64,000 nt of DNA from an uncultured archaeon (GCA_963817525.1 CAWFOU010000001.1:320001-384000); one strand, 5' to 3'. Positions 7,734 through 17,323 are shown, counted from the stretch's first letter. A program made the numbers and translations. The notes: a model not told the origin generated them from the letters alone.

Positions 7734-9650
7734 ACGGAGAGACCCACAGGCGCGAGCCTCCCCTTCGACCCCGAGGCCTGCCAGCTCAGGGTGGGCCTAG
7801 AGATCCATCAGCAGCTTGCTACCAGCACCAAGCTCTTCTGCCCCTGCCCTATCGTAAAGTCCGAGGAGCTCCCTCTCTCCTTCGAGAGGAGGCTGCGCCC
7901 GACCCAGAGCGAGCTCGGCCAGATAGACCCCGCCGCGGTCTTCGAGTTCAACAAGGGGCGGGTCAACCTCTACAAGTGGAACCCCGAGTCGGCGTGCCTC
8001 GTCGACGCAGACGAGGAGCCCCCCCACCCGCCCAACGGCGAGGCCATCGAGACCGCCATGCTCATGGCAGAGGTGCTGGGGTCGAGCACCGTCGACGAGG
8101 TGCACGTGATGCGCAAGCTGGTCATCGACGGGTCCAACACGTCGGGGTTTCAGAGGACCGCGATCATCGCGCTCGGGGGGGCGCTCCGCGTCCTCGCCCC
8201 CCGCCCGTTCAAGGTGGGAGTCCAGACGATCACCGTGGAGGAGGACTCTTCGCGGGTCCTGAGGGAGGGGAGCCGAGCGAGGGAGTACGCCCTCGACAGG
8301 ATGGGCGTCCCTCTCGTCGAGATAGCGCTCGACCACGTCGTCGGTATCCCGGAGGAAGTGGAGGCCGTCGCCCTCACGCTTGGCAGGTCCCTCCGCTCGA
8401 CGGGGCGGGTGACGAGGGGCCAGGGGACGATCCGGCAGGACCTGAACGTCTCGCTTCTTGGGGGCCAGGTGGTCGAGGTCAAGGGCGTCCAGAAGCTGAA
8501 CCTGATCGCGAAGGTCGTCCGCTACGAGGCGACCCGACAGATGGGGATGGTCAGGATCGCCGACGAGATCAAGAAGAAGATCGCGGAGGTCGAGTGCAGG
8601 TCGCTCGACGTCACCTCGGCCCTCAGGGGGACCGCCTCCCCGATCCTCAAGCGCATCGTCCAGAAGGGGGGCGTCGTCACCTGCGTCTCCGTCGCGGGCT
8701 TTCATGGCCTCCTCGGCTTCGAGCCGTTCCCCGGGATCCGTCTCGGTAAAGAGCTCGCGGAGATTGCCAGGACGAACGGCCTCGGCGGGGTGATACACTC
8801 CGACGAGTTCGCGAAGCAGGGGCTGACCGAGGAGGAGTCCGTGGCGCTGCGCGCCCTCACAGGGTCCGACTCCGGGGCGGGGCTCGTCCTCATCGCTGGG
8901 GAGCCAGAAAGCGTCGAGACCGTGTCCGCGCTCGTCATCGAGCGCCTCAAGAGGGCCCCCCTAGGCGTCCTGGGGGAGACCAGGGCGGCGACGGACGAAG
9001 GCGAGACGAGGTACCTGAGGCCCCGACCCGGCGCGGCGAGGATGTATCCGGAGACGGACATCCCCGAGATAGTCGTTGCGGAGGAGTGGAAGCAGAGGCT
9101 CAAGACGATGCTCCCCGTGCCGTGGAGGGAGAAGGTGGCCGGATACTCGAAGAAGTACTCGCTGAGCGAGGAGGCGGCCCTCCAGCTCTACGACTCCGAC
9201 AACGCGAAGCTATTCGAGGAGCTCGCGGGTCGGCTCGAGCTCGAGCCCTCGGTGATAGCCTCGATGTTGGTCGAGCTCCCGGTGCGCCTCTCGAGGGAGG
9301 GCGTGGACGAGTCTAAGATCACGCCCGAGACCCTCTCGTCGGTCCTCGAGGCGGTCGACGAGGAGAGGTTCGCGAAGGAGGCGGCGATCGAGGTCCTCCG
9401 GGCCATAGGGAGGGGCGACGCGCGAGGCGTCGACGAGGCGGTCTCGAAGCTCGGCCTGACCGGGATGAGCGACGAAGAGCTCAAGAAGATCATCGCCGGC
9501 GTGGTGAAAAGAAACAAGCAAGTCGTGAGGGAGAAGGGGGACCGCGCGTTCAGCGTCCTCATGGGCGAGGTGATGAAGCTCGCGAGGGGGAAGGTCGACG
9601 GAAAGAAGGTCAGCAAGATGCTGAAGCAAGCGATAGACGACGCCCGCTGA
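7734..9650 (+). CDS. gatE: Glu-tRNA(Gln) amidotransferase subunit E (start uncertain)
   Basis: GLEIHQQL..KLFC, DEEPPH, MRKLVIDGSNTSGFQRT, RPRPGAARMYPETD; no ATG/GTG/TTG in frame between GTG ~7629 and the conserved core. Confidence 0.94.
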   Translation, partial: TERPTGASLPFDPEACQLRVGLEIHQQLATSTKLFCPCPIVKSEELPLSFERRLRPTQSELGQIDPAAVFEFNKGRVNLYKWNPESACLVDADEEPPHPPNGEAIETAMLMAEVLGSSTVDEVHVMRKLVIDGSNTSGFQRTAIIALGGALRVLAPRPFKVGVQTITVEEDSSRVLREGSRAREYALDRMGVPLVEIALDHVVGIPEEVEAVALTLGRSLRSTGRVTRGQGTIRQDLNVSLLGGQVVEVKGVQKLNLIAKVVRYEATRQMGMVRIADEIKKKIAEVECRSLDVTSALRGTASPILKRIVQKGGVVTCVSVAGFHGLLGFEPFPGIRLGKELAEIARTNGLGGVIHSDEFAKQGLTEEESVALRALTGSDSGAGLVLIAGEPESVETVSALVIERLKRAPLGVLGETRAATDEGETRYLRPRPGAARMYPETDIPEIVVAEEWKQRLKTMLPVPWREKVAGYSKKYSLSEEAALQLYDSDNAKLFEELAGRLELEPSVIASMLVELPVRLSREGVDESKITPETLSSVLEAVDEERFAKEAAIEVLRAIGRGDARGVDEAVSKLGLTGMSDEELKKIIAGVVKRNKQVVREKGDRAFSVLMGEVMKLARGKVDGKKVSKMLKQAIDDAR

Positions 9651-9708
9651 TTTCTCGAATGTGTCGAAGGACGCTTAAATAACGATGAATCCCTTGTGGC
9701 GCTCGTCG

Positions 9709-10296
9709 ATGTCAGAAGACTCGAGGAACGTCAAGATAAGAGTAAGGTCAGGAGACAGCGAAGCGGAGATCGAAGCGTCGTTCTCCGACGTCATCGAAGC
9801 TATCGAGCTCATACCAAAGGTCCTTGCGAAGCTCCCGCAGCCAGGGACCGAGAGGAGACAGGCGCCTCTCGCCTCTGAGATGGACATCACCGCGCCGGCA
9901 CCGAGGGATTTCGCGCTAGCGACCACCTCCGCCTCGCAGTCGTCCATGCCGCTCGTGACGATAGAGAAGGGGGATTCGCTCAGCGAAGTGATCTCAAAGT
10001 TCTTCGCGGACTCGTGGGGGAGGAGCCCGAAGAAGTTGATGGAAGTGAGGGAGGCGCTCCAGTCGTACGGCCTGAACTACCCGAAGCAATCAGTCGCGGT
10101 CGCGCTGCTGCGCCTCGCCAAGGGCTCCAAGATAAGGCGCTTCAAGGGAGAGACGGGCGAGTACGTCTACACCGCCGCTACGGGCGCGGTGCGCGTCCCC
10201 GCGCCGGTGCAACTAGCGGTGGAGGCTCCTCCCGCGCTCGAGGATGTCGTCGTGCAAGAAGAGCAGCTCGACCTCGACGCGCCCGCGGCAAACTAA
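9709..10296 (+). CDS. Hypothetical protein: N-terminal beta-hairpin/helix module + C-terminal winged-helix-like domain (paralog A)
   Basis: VKIRVRSGDSEAEIEAS...; WGRSPKKLMEVREAL...VAVALLRLAKGSKIRRFK...YVY; genome-typical codon usage. Confidence 0.8.
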   Translation: MSEDSRNVKIRVRSGDSEAEIEASFSDVIEAIELIPKVLAKLPQPGTERRQAPLASEMDITAPAPRDFALATTSASQSSMPLVTIEKGDSLSEVISKFFADSWGRSPKKLMEVREALQSYGLNYPKQSVAVALLRLAKGSKIRRFKGETGEYVYTAATGAVRVPAPVQLAVEAPPALEDVVVQEEQLDLDAPAAN

Positions 10297-10337
10297 CAAA
10301 CATTTAATCGGGGTCGAATTTCTCCCAGCGTCCGCTC

Positions 10338-10865
10338 TTGTCGGCCGCTCAAGAAAGGCTGCTCTCAGTCTCCGTGAGCTACGGAGACGTGAAGGTCGAG
10401 TTCTCCGGTTCTCCCGATGTGGTCTTCCGGTCTCTCCACGAGTTCATCTCGAAGGAGGTCCCTAACATCGACCTAGCCAAGAGCATCTCGGTCAACTACT
10501 CCCTCAACGACCTGATACAGATGTTCAAGGACTACGTCAGGTTCACCGAGGAGGGCCCCCGGGTCTGGGCACAGGACAAGAGGCTGAGCGACAAGGACGT
10601 CATCGCGCTGCAGCTCGTCGCGGCGAAGGCGGCGATGCTGTCCGGCAGGGCGAAGAGCGACGACATGAACGTGGCGGAGCTCCAGGCGGCCACCAGCCTC
10701 CTAGCCAAGACGATAGGCTCGCGCCTATCAGAGCTGAACAAGTCGGGCGCCGTGGACAGGGTCGAGGGCGAGACCACCGGCAGGTACAGGATCACGACGA
10801 CCGGCGTGCACTGGCTGCACGCGCAGCTCTCGAAGAAGTTCCCGAGGTCGCCTCAGGGTCCCTGA
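10338..10865 (+). CDS. Hypothetical winged-helix protein (paralog B)
   Basis: LSVSVSYGDVKVEFSGSPDVV...; NVAELQAATSLLAKTIGSRLSELNKSGAVDR...YRITTTG. Confidence 0.8.
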   Translation: MSAAQERLLSVSVSYGDVKVEFSGSPDVVFRSLHEFISKEVPNIDLAKSISVNYSLNDLIQMFKDYVRFTEEGPRVWAQDKRLSDKDVIALQLVAAKAAMLSGRAKSDDMNVAELQAATSLLAKTIGSRLSELNKSGAVDRVEGETTGRYRITTTGVHWLHAQLSKKFPRSPQGP

Positions 10866-11284
10866 GGCTCGAGCGGCCGCTTCTGGACGTACCTGTAGTT
10901 CCTCATCGTCCCGTCCCTGAACAGGGTCCCCTCGCGGACGAGGTCCACCAGCGCGTGCGAGACCGCCGTGCGGTCGTAGTGGTATCCCCTGCGGGCAAGC
11001 TCCTCGTGCACCTCACCCAGGGTCTTCTCCGAGGCGAACCACCCCTCTCTCCACATCCTCTCGAGCAAGCCCCTGCAAGTGTCGAACCTCTTTCCCTCCT
11101 CTCCCGGGGCGGGCGCGTCCAGCGACGCCTCTATCGAGACCTGCTCCTTCGAGACCATCCCTGCGAGGACGCTCTCCACCGCCCGCTGCACCCTGTCGGG
11201 GGCGCACGTGATCTCTATCTCCCAGGTCCCGCGCTTGAGCCTTACCGTCACGCTGGGCGGGGGAGGCTCACCCGACAACTGCAT
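10853..11284 (-). CDS. Hypothetical winged-helix protein (paralog C)
   Basis: VTVRLKRGTWEIEITCAPDRV...; GWFASEKTLGEVHEELARRGYHYDRTAVSHALVDLVREGTL.R...YRY. Confidence 0.8.
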   Translation of the reverse strand: MQLSGEPPPPSVTVRLKRGTWEIEITCAPDRVQRAVESVLAGMVSKEQVSIEASLDAPAPGEEGKRFDTCRGLLERMWREGWFASEKTLGEVHEELARRGYHYDRTAVSHALVDLVREGTLFRDGTMRNYRYVQKRPLEPQGP

Positions 11285-11412
11285 CTTCCCCGGGCGTCAT
11301 CACAAGCGGCATGAGGTCCCTTCCTCGTCGATGTAAGACTTCACGCGTCGGGCCCGGAGCGGCATCGGCTCTTTGCCCCGTCCCGGGAGGAATCTCATCT
11401 TGCGCACTAGCA

Positions 11413-11464
11413 TGTTGCGCAACACTTATTAATTAAGTTGCGGATAGGCATGTTGCGCAACATG
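11413..11464. promoter_or_regulatory. Twin palindromic operators flanking an AT-rich TATA box
   Basis: TGTTGCGCAACA (11413-24) and CATGTTGCGCAACATG (11449-64) either side of TTATTAATTAA (11426-36). Confidence 0.75.
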
Positions 11465-12454
11465 AACAATCAATTGAGCGTCGCATCGGTCGTGAGCATG
11501 GACACGCTTGAGGCCCTGGCCAAGGAGTTCAAGCAGCGGTTTGAGCTCTCCTCGGGCCTCATACACGAGAGGCTGGCGGGCAAGGAGTTCATCTTCAACC
11601 ACGATGGGAAGGACGCCTACCCTTTCGCAGGGTGGAGCGAGGCCTGCGACGGGGAGCTCCATCCCATCCTCCCGGTGCAGGAGCAGGAGACAATCGCCTC
11701 CACCGACTCGTCGTGCATCCTCCTCGGCGAGTCCTTCGAGGGGGCGGTCTACGCAGTTAGGGCGGCGGTCGCTTTCAGCTGCGCCGGCCTCGTCAGGGGC
11801 TATTTCCGGGTCGGGCCCACCATCGTCTACCTCTCCGCGAAGGGGGCCTACGGCCTCCCCTCTGACCTCGAGCCGTTCGAGCTCCGCGTCGCATTGACCG
11901 ACCACCAGATAGCCGAGCGCATCATCAGGAACTCCGTGGAGCGAAAGATAGTCTCGGCGCTCGTCTCGTCCCCGCAGATCTCCATCGTGATGGCGGACGG
12001 GTCGCTGAAGCACCCCTTCGAGCTTTATCCCACGGAGATCGGCAAGTCCGAGTCCGACGCGTGCCTCGTCGGCTTTTCAAAGTCCAGCTCGCTGGTGGCC
12101 TCGAGCAGGCTCACCGGGACGGTCTCGAAGGCCATAGGGCCGGCCTACTGCGCCTCCCACGAGGGCCTCGTCCAGACGATAGTCGCGAAGTTCTCCAACG
12201 ACGGCCTCGTCTTCAGGCTCGACGTCGCGCGGCCCGTGGCACAGCTCCAGCGAGTCCTGGGGCTCGTCTTGTACAACGACGGCTTCTCGGTGGGCTACCC
12301 AGAGTCGCTCAGGGCGGCGCACCACCTCTCGGTCTTCTCCAGGTCGGAGGACACCGCCCTCAAGGCATACCTCAGCAAGCGCTACATGCTGAAGCACCTG
12401 CCCGCCTTCGGGCTGCGCAGGATGACCCTCGGCGGGCTGAGCAACTCGGGGTGA
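11462..12454 (+). CDS. nurA: NurA-family 5'-3' nuclease
   Basis: IASTDSS, IVMADGSL, GFSKSS, FRLDV, GYPESLRAAHHLS motifs; directly upstream of herA-like gene. Confidence 0.8.
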   Translation: MNNQLSVASVVSMDTLEALAKEFKQRFELSSGLIHERLAGKEFIFNHDGKDAYPFAGWSEACDGELHPILPVQEQETIASTDSSCILLGESFEGAVYAVRAAVAFSCAGLVRGYFRVGPTIVYLSAKGAYGLPSDLEPFELRVALTDHQIAERIIRNSVERKIVSALVSSPQISIVMADGSLKHPFELYPTEIGKSESDACLVGFSKSSSLVASSRLTGTVSKAIGPAYCASHEGLVQTIVAKFSNDGLVFRLDVARPVAQLQRVLGLVLYNDGFSVGYPESLRAAHHLSVFSRSEDTALKAYLSKRYMLKHLPAFGLRRMTLGGLSNSG

Positions 12455-12463
12455 ATCTGGGCG

Positions 12464-13981
12464 ATGAGAATCCTCAGAAAGGAAGGCGCGAACATCCTCG
12501 TTGTGGCCTCCCCCTCAGAGAACGTGAGGCTCGGCGACTACCTCATGGTCTCCGACAAGGACGAGAGGAGCCTGATCCTGCAGATCTACGACGAGCACTA
12601 CCTGGACGTGAGCGGGATCGAGGAGGAGGTGGCGAGGGAGGAGGTCCTCTTCTCGTCCACGCAGGGGGTGACCGAGGACCCCGCGGACGTCGGGACCATC
12701 TCCAAGGAGATACGCGACATGAGGCTCCTCCAGTGCAAGGCGAGGGGGAGCATCGAGCGCGGGACCTATAGCCCCCGCAACGACTGGATACCGTCGAGGA
12801 CCGCCTCAAAGGTCTCCAAGCTCGGCGTCAACGAGCTCCTCGACTTGGTGGGAAGGCCGGGCGAGAGGTTCATCAAGATAGGGAGGTCAGGCAGCAGGAA
12901 CCACCAGTTCAGTATCCCCGCCGAGGCGCTTGACGGCCGCGTCACGATAATCACGGGGAGGAAGGAGTCGGGCAAGTCGCACCTCGCGAAGATGCTCGTC
13001 AGGGGGCTCGTCCAGCAGGGGGCCTACTGCATAGTCTTCGACCTCAACGACGAGTACGGCAGCATCGGGATGAAGGCCGACGGGAGCAGCACGGAGATCG
13101 CGAAGAAGGTGGACGTCAGGCGGCCCGGGCGCAACCTGAAGTTCTCTCTCGCCGGGGCGGGCCTCCGCGCCATCACCTCGCTCCTCCAGCACTCGCTGGA
13201 CATGACGGGCACCTCGATCAGGGAGTTCATCCGCATCTGGGAGGCCATGGAGGCCAAGCAAGAGCTGGGGATGACGTCCCTCGGGAACTACATCCAGCAG
13301 TGGCGCTGCAACGAGTTCGTACGCGACGCGCTCTACTCGAGGTTCTTCACGCTCTCGAACTCTGGGATCTTTTACGAGGGGAAGGTCGGGGACCCGGACA
13401 CGAGGGACGACGACGCAATCGAGACCTTCTTCCAGACGCACCCCGAGGGCGGCGCCCTCGTCATCTCGCTGACCCGGACGTCCCCCCTCAACCGGAGGAT
13501 GACCGTGGAGCTCGTCCTCTCGAAGCTGGTGGACCTCCTCGAGCACCGCAAGATCCCGCCGGTCTTCCTCCTCTCAGAGGAGGCCCACCTATACCTCCGC
13601 GACACGTACTGGGAGGACCTCATCACCAGGATGAGGCACTTCGGGGTCTTTGCCACCTTCGTCACCAACCAGCCGGACGCCATCAAGCAGGAGATCTACA
13701 GGCAGGCAGACAACATCTTCCTCTACAACTTCTCGAACGACTCCGACCTATCGTTGGTCTCCCAGGCCTCGATGGTCGACACGGACACCGTAAGGTCCAT
13801 AGTCCGGACGCTCCCGCCGAGGATGTGCCTGGCCCTGGGGCACGCGGTCAGCAACCTCCCAATCCTGGTCAACGTGGACGCTTTCGACTCGCCGCCGACT
13901 GGCCTCACGAGGCTCTTCTTCCAGAAGGAGGCGGGCGCCGTGAGCGTGGCTGTCCGCGGCCGAAGGAGCGCCGAGCCATGA
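12464..13981 (+). CDS. herA: HerA/FtsK-family ATPase (DUF87-type)
   Basis: N-terminal HAS-barrel-like region, Walker A ITGRKESGKS, VFDLNDEY, Walker B LLSEEAH, RMRHFG, TNQP. Confidence 0.85.
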   Translation: MRILRKEGANILVVASPSENVRLGDYLMVSDKDERSLILQIYDEHYLDVSGIEEEVAREEVLFSSTQGVTEDPADVGTISKEIRDMRLLQCKARGSIERGTYSPRNDWIPSRTASKVSKLGVNELLDLVGRPGERFIKIGRSGSRNHQFSIPAEALDGRVTIITGRKESGKSHLAKMLVRGLVQQGAYCIVFDLNDEYGSIGMKADGSSTEIAKKVDVRRPGRNLKFSLAGAGLRAITSLLQHSLDMTGTSIREFIRIWEAMEAKQELGMTSLGNYIQQWRCNEFVRDALYSRFFTLSNSGIFYEGKVGDPDTRDDDAIETFFQTHPEGGALVISLTRTSPLNRRMTVELVLSKLVDLLEHRKIPPVFLLSEEAHLYLRDTYWEDLITRMRHFGVFATFVTNQPDAIKQEIYRQADNIFLYNFSNDSDLSLVSQASMVDTDTVRSIVRTLPPRMCLALGHAVSNLPILVNVDAFDSPPTGLTRLFFQKEAGAVSVAVRGRRSAEP

Positions 13982-14238
13982 CCACCGAGAGCCTCGCCCC
14001 TCCCATGGGCGGGGGCATCCAGCCGGAGCCGAGGGCGAACGCCGTGGCTTGCGCCTTCTGCAGGAGGAGGCTCGCGGAGGAGTACTACTTCACCTGCCGA
14101 AGGTGCGAGGAGTCGTACTGCTACATCCACATGTCACGCCACCTCCCCGCCCGCTGCGGACGTCGCATCCCCGTCGAGGTCTCCAGCCCCCTGCTCGTCG
14201 CGGGGGCGAGGCGCGGCCGCTCTTCGGCAAATGTTTAA
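13978..14238 (+). CDS. Small AN1-like zinc-finger protein
   Basis: CAFC...FTCRRCEESYCYIH..H...C; ATGA overlap with the herA stop. Confidence 0.7.
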   Translation: MTTESLAPPMGGGIQPEPRANAVACAFCRRRLAEEYYFTCRRCEESYCYIHMSRHLPARCGRRIPVEVSSPLLVAGARRGRSSANV

Positions 14239-14264
14239 TACTTATTCACTTTGTTTTCGGCGCT

Positions 14265-14972
14265 ATGGAGTCGTCCCGGCAGGAGTCCATCGCAAAGATA
14301 GCTGGCGAGGTGGTCGCCAGCGAGGAGCCGGGCAAGGCCCTAAAGTCCTGGAGAGAGAAGCTGGGCATCCGCCAGATCAACCTCGCCAGGCAGCTCAAGC
14401 TCTCCCCCTCGGTCCTGAGCGACTATGAGAGCGGGAGGAGGCCTTCTCCGGGCGTCCTCTTCGTGAGGAAGTACGTCGAGGCGATGGTCACCCTGGACGA
14501 GTCCCAGGGCAGGGTCGCCTCGAGGCTCCTGTCGAGGGAGGACAGCTCGGCGATATTGGCGATAAAGGAGTTCGTGGAGCCCATCAGCGCGGCCGACCTC
14601 CTCCACAGGGTAAAGGCCAAGGTACTCGTGGGCGACCCGTCGAGGCTCCACCTGTACGGCTACACCGTGGTCGACAGCATCAAGACGATCTACGCGCTTT
14701 CCGGCTACGACTTTTACCGCATCTTCGGCGCTACCACAGAGCGCGCGATAATCTTCACCAAGGTGGGGATGGGGAGGAGCCCACTCGTCGCCATCCGCGT
14801 CTCACAGCTAAAGCCGAGGGTGGTTGTGGTCCACGGCCCGGAGCACCTGGACCCGCTCGCCGTAGACCTGGCCAGGAAGGAGGGCCTCGTCCTCGCCCTC
14901 TCGCACAGCACGGACGAGGCGGACATCATCTCATCCCTCGCGTCCCTTGGCCGCGAGCGCTCCAAGCCCTGA
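14265..14972 (+). CDS. XRE-family HTH regulator with DRTGG-like C-terminal domain (COG1709-like)
   Basis: IAGEVVASEEPGKALKSWRE...SPSVLSDYESGRRPSPG; GYTVVDS; ERAIIFTKVGMGRSPLVAIRV. Confidence 0.85.
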   Translation: MESSRQESIAKIAGEVVASEEPGKALKSWREKLGIRQINLARQLKLSPSVLSDYESGRRPSPGVLFVRKYVEAMVTLDESQGRVASRLLSREDSSAILAIKEFVEPISAADLLHRVKAKVLVGDPSRLHLYGYTVVDSIKTIYALSGYDFYRIFGATTERAIIFTKVGMGRSPLVAIRVSQLKPRVVVVHGPEHLDPLAVDLARKEGLVLALSHSTDEADIISSLASLGRERSKP

Positions 14973-15033
14973 GGGTCCCGCGCCGGGAACCTTTTTAGGG
15001 CATGTCCGGGGCGCGTCGAAAAAGCGGCCTGCC

Positions 15034-15852
15034 GTGATTCACGTCACACCACTCTCTTCCCTAGTCGCCCTTGCCGTGGTGGTCGCCTTCGCGCTCGTCG
15101 CCATAGGGGCCAAGGCCATCGACAGGCGCGGCTTCCTCGCCAGCTTGGCGGTGGGCTATCCGATCATCCTCGGAGGGGGGTGGACCTGGTTCGCCATCGT
15201 CGCCACCTTCTTCGTCCTGGGGGTAGCCTTCACCTGGTATCGCTACGAGTACAAGAAGAGCATAGGGAGCGCACAGGAGAAGGGCGGCACGAGGAACTGG
15301 CCAAACATCCTCGCGAACGGGGGGATCGCCTCCCTCCTCGGGCTGGGAGAGCTCCTCGGCGGGGGACTCGTCTTCTCCGTCCTCTACGTGGGCGCCGTCT
15401 CCGCCGCCGCCAGCGATACCGTCGCGACCGAGCTCGGCCTACTCAACAAGGCCCCGCCTCGCCTCATCACCGACCTGAGGAAGAGCGTCTCTCCCGGGAC
15501 CTCCGGTGGAGTGAGCCCGATGGGGATGGCCGGGACGCTCCTCGCCTCCGCCCTGATAGGGGTGGTCGCCGCTGCCCTGGGGGTGGCGAGCGGCCTGCAG
15601 GCTCCCTACGTCGTGGCGGTGACCATCTCGGGAGGCGTCATCGGCTCCCTCGCCGACAGCGTCGCGGGCGCGACCATCCAGAGGAAGAGCTACTGCGTGG
15701 TTTGCGGCAAGCCCTCGGAGAACCTGGTCCATTGCGACGAGCCCACCAGGTACTCGTCCGGCCTAAAGCCGGTGGACAACCACGTGGTCAACATCATCGC
15801 GACGGTCTTCGGCGCCCTCGGGGCGCTCGGGCTGTTCCTGCTTCTCAGGTGA
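15034..15852 (+). CDS. DUF92/TMEM19 (COG1836) membrane protein
   Basis: GTRNWPNILANG, AASDTVATELG, PGTSGGVS, DSVAGATIQ, NHVVN motifs. Confidence 0.9.
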   Translation: MIHVTPLSSLVALAVVVAFALVAIGAKAIDRRGFLASLAVGYPIILGGGWTWFAIVATFFVLGVAFTWYRYEYKKSIGSAQEKGGTRNWPNILANGGIASLLGLGELLGGGLVFSVLYVGAVSAAASDTVATELGLLNKAPPRLITDLRKSVSPGTSGGVSPMGMAGTLLASALIGVVAAALGVASGLQAPYVVAVTISGGVIGSLADSVAGATIQRKSYCVVCGKPSENLVHCDEPTRYSSGLKPVDNHVVNIIATVFGALGALGLFLLLR

Positions 15853-15859
15853 GGCGCGG

Positions 15860-17323
15860 CTAGCGGAGGTTGGCCGTGAGCCACTCGCCCAGCTTGTCCT
15901 TGCCGACCTTGTCCTGCGACCTGTCGTCCCTGTGCCTCACCGTGACCTCCCCCTTGGCGAGGGTGTCCTGGTCGACGGTGACGCAGAAGGGGACCCCCGC
16001 CTCGTCGGCCCTCGCGTACCTCCTGCCTATCGAGCCCGACTCGTCGTAGAACAGGTCATAGTCCCCGCGCAGCGAGTTGTAGAGCCTCTCCGCCTCCACG
16101 TCTAGGCCGTCCTTCGAGACGAGGGGGAAGATGCCCGCCTGGATGGGGGCTATCCCGGGCCTGAGGGAGAGGTAGACCCTCTCCTGCCCCTTCGCGTCCT
16201 GCTCTGACCGGTAGGCCTTTTCCAGGATGACGTAGATGCTCCTGTCCACCCCCATCGAGAGCTCGAATATGTGGGGAAGGACCTTCTTCCCGTCGTCCTC
16301 GACGGTGTAGTCGGTCCCGCTCACCTCCGAGTGCCGCTTGAGGTCGTAGTCCGACCTGTAGTTGCACGCGACGAGCTCCAGCCACCCCACCGAGGTCCTG
16401 ACCTCCAGGTCGAACGCCACCTTGGAGTAGAACGCCTTCTCGACGTCCGTGAGCGTCCGGAGCCTGATGTCGCCCTTCGGTATCCCGACTGCCTCCTCGT
16501 AGAAGTTCTGGATGAGATAGAGGTAGTAGCCGATCAGCTTGTTGGGGACCGTCCCGGCCGCGATCGCGTCAGAGACCTTGGAGGGGGTGGGCTCGGCGTC
16601 CCCCTTCGAGATGGAGAGCGCAAAGTCAGACGCGACGTCGAATTTGGTGAGCGAGACGTTGTCGGGGTTGAAACAGACCTCTATCTCCGCCTGGTAGATT
16701 TCCCTGACCCGGAGGACCCCCTGCCTGGGGGCTATCTCGTTCCTGAAGCTCTTCCCGAACTGGGCGAACCCCTTCGGGAGCTTGAGGCGCTGCGTCTTGA
16801 AGAGGTAGGGGATGTCGGCGAAGATCCCCTGACAGGTCTCCGGGCGGAGATACGCTTCGTCCCCCTGGGGGCCTATCCCGAGCTTGAACATCATGTTGAA
16901 CCTCTTCGTCCCGCTCAGCTCGGCCTTGCACTTTGCGCAGCGTATCCCGTTCTCCTTGAGGAGCTCGTCGTATCTCTCGTCGGGCAGCCCCTCGGGCACG
17001 GGGTGGCCCGTATTCTCCTCGATGAGCTTGTCCGGCCTGTATAGCGAGTGGCAGTTCGCGCAGACGACTATGGGGTCGGTGAAGTTGGACAGGTGCCCGG
17101 AGGCCACGAACACGGCCTTGGGCATGATCTGGGCGGCGTCGATCTCCACCATCTCGTCGCGCTTGACCAGGTGCTTCCTCCAGAGCTCGACGTACCTGTT
17201 CTTGAGGGCGACCCCGAGCGGGCCGTAGTCCCAAAAGCCGGCCGGAGTGTTGGGATACGCCTCGGCGGACCTGATGAGGTAGCCGCGCCTCTGCGCGACG
17301 TTCATGACGTCTTCGTAGTTCAT
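15860..17323 (-). CDS. glyS: Glycine--tRNA ligase (alpha2 type)
   Basis: GFWDYGPLG, LRPETCQGIF, GKSFRNEIAPRQG, SGSIGRRYARADEAGVPFCVTVD. Confidence 0.96.
   Translation of the reverse strand: MNYEDVMNVAQRRGYLIRSAEAYPNTPAGFWDYGPLGVALKNRYVELWRKHLVKRDEMVEIDAAQIMPKAVFVASGHLSNFTDPIVVCANCHSLYRPDKLIEENTGHPVPEGLPDERYDELLKENGIRCAKCKAELSGTKRFNMMFKLGIGPQGDEAYLRPETCQGIFADIPYLFKTQRLKLPKGFAQFGKSFRNEIAPRQGVLRVREIYQAEIEVCFNPDNVSLTKFDVASDFALSISKGDAEPTPSKVSDAIAAGTVPNKLIGYYLYLIQNFYEEAVGIPKGDIRLRTLTDVEKAFYSKVAFDLEVRTSVGWLELVACNYRSDYDLKRHSEVSGTDYTVEDDGKKVLPHIFELSMGVDRSIYVILEKAYRSEQDAKGQERVYLSLRPGIAPIQAGIFPLVSKDGLDVEAERLYNSLRGDYDLFYDESGSIGRRYARADEAGVPFCVTVDQDTLAKGEVTVRHRDDRSQDKVGKDKLGEWLTANLR

Noticed and set aside
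11290-11345. Minus-strand GTGATGA (box C) as a C/D guide sRNA
   Set aside because: No box D (CTGA) at a suitable distance.
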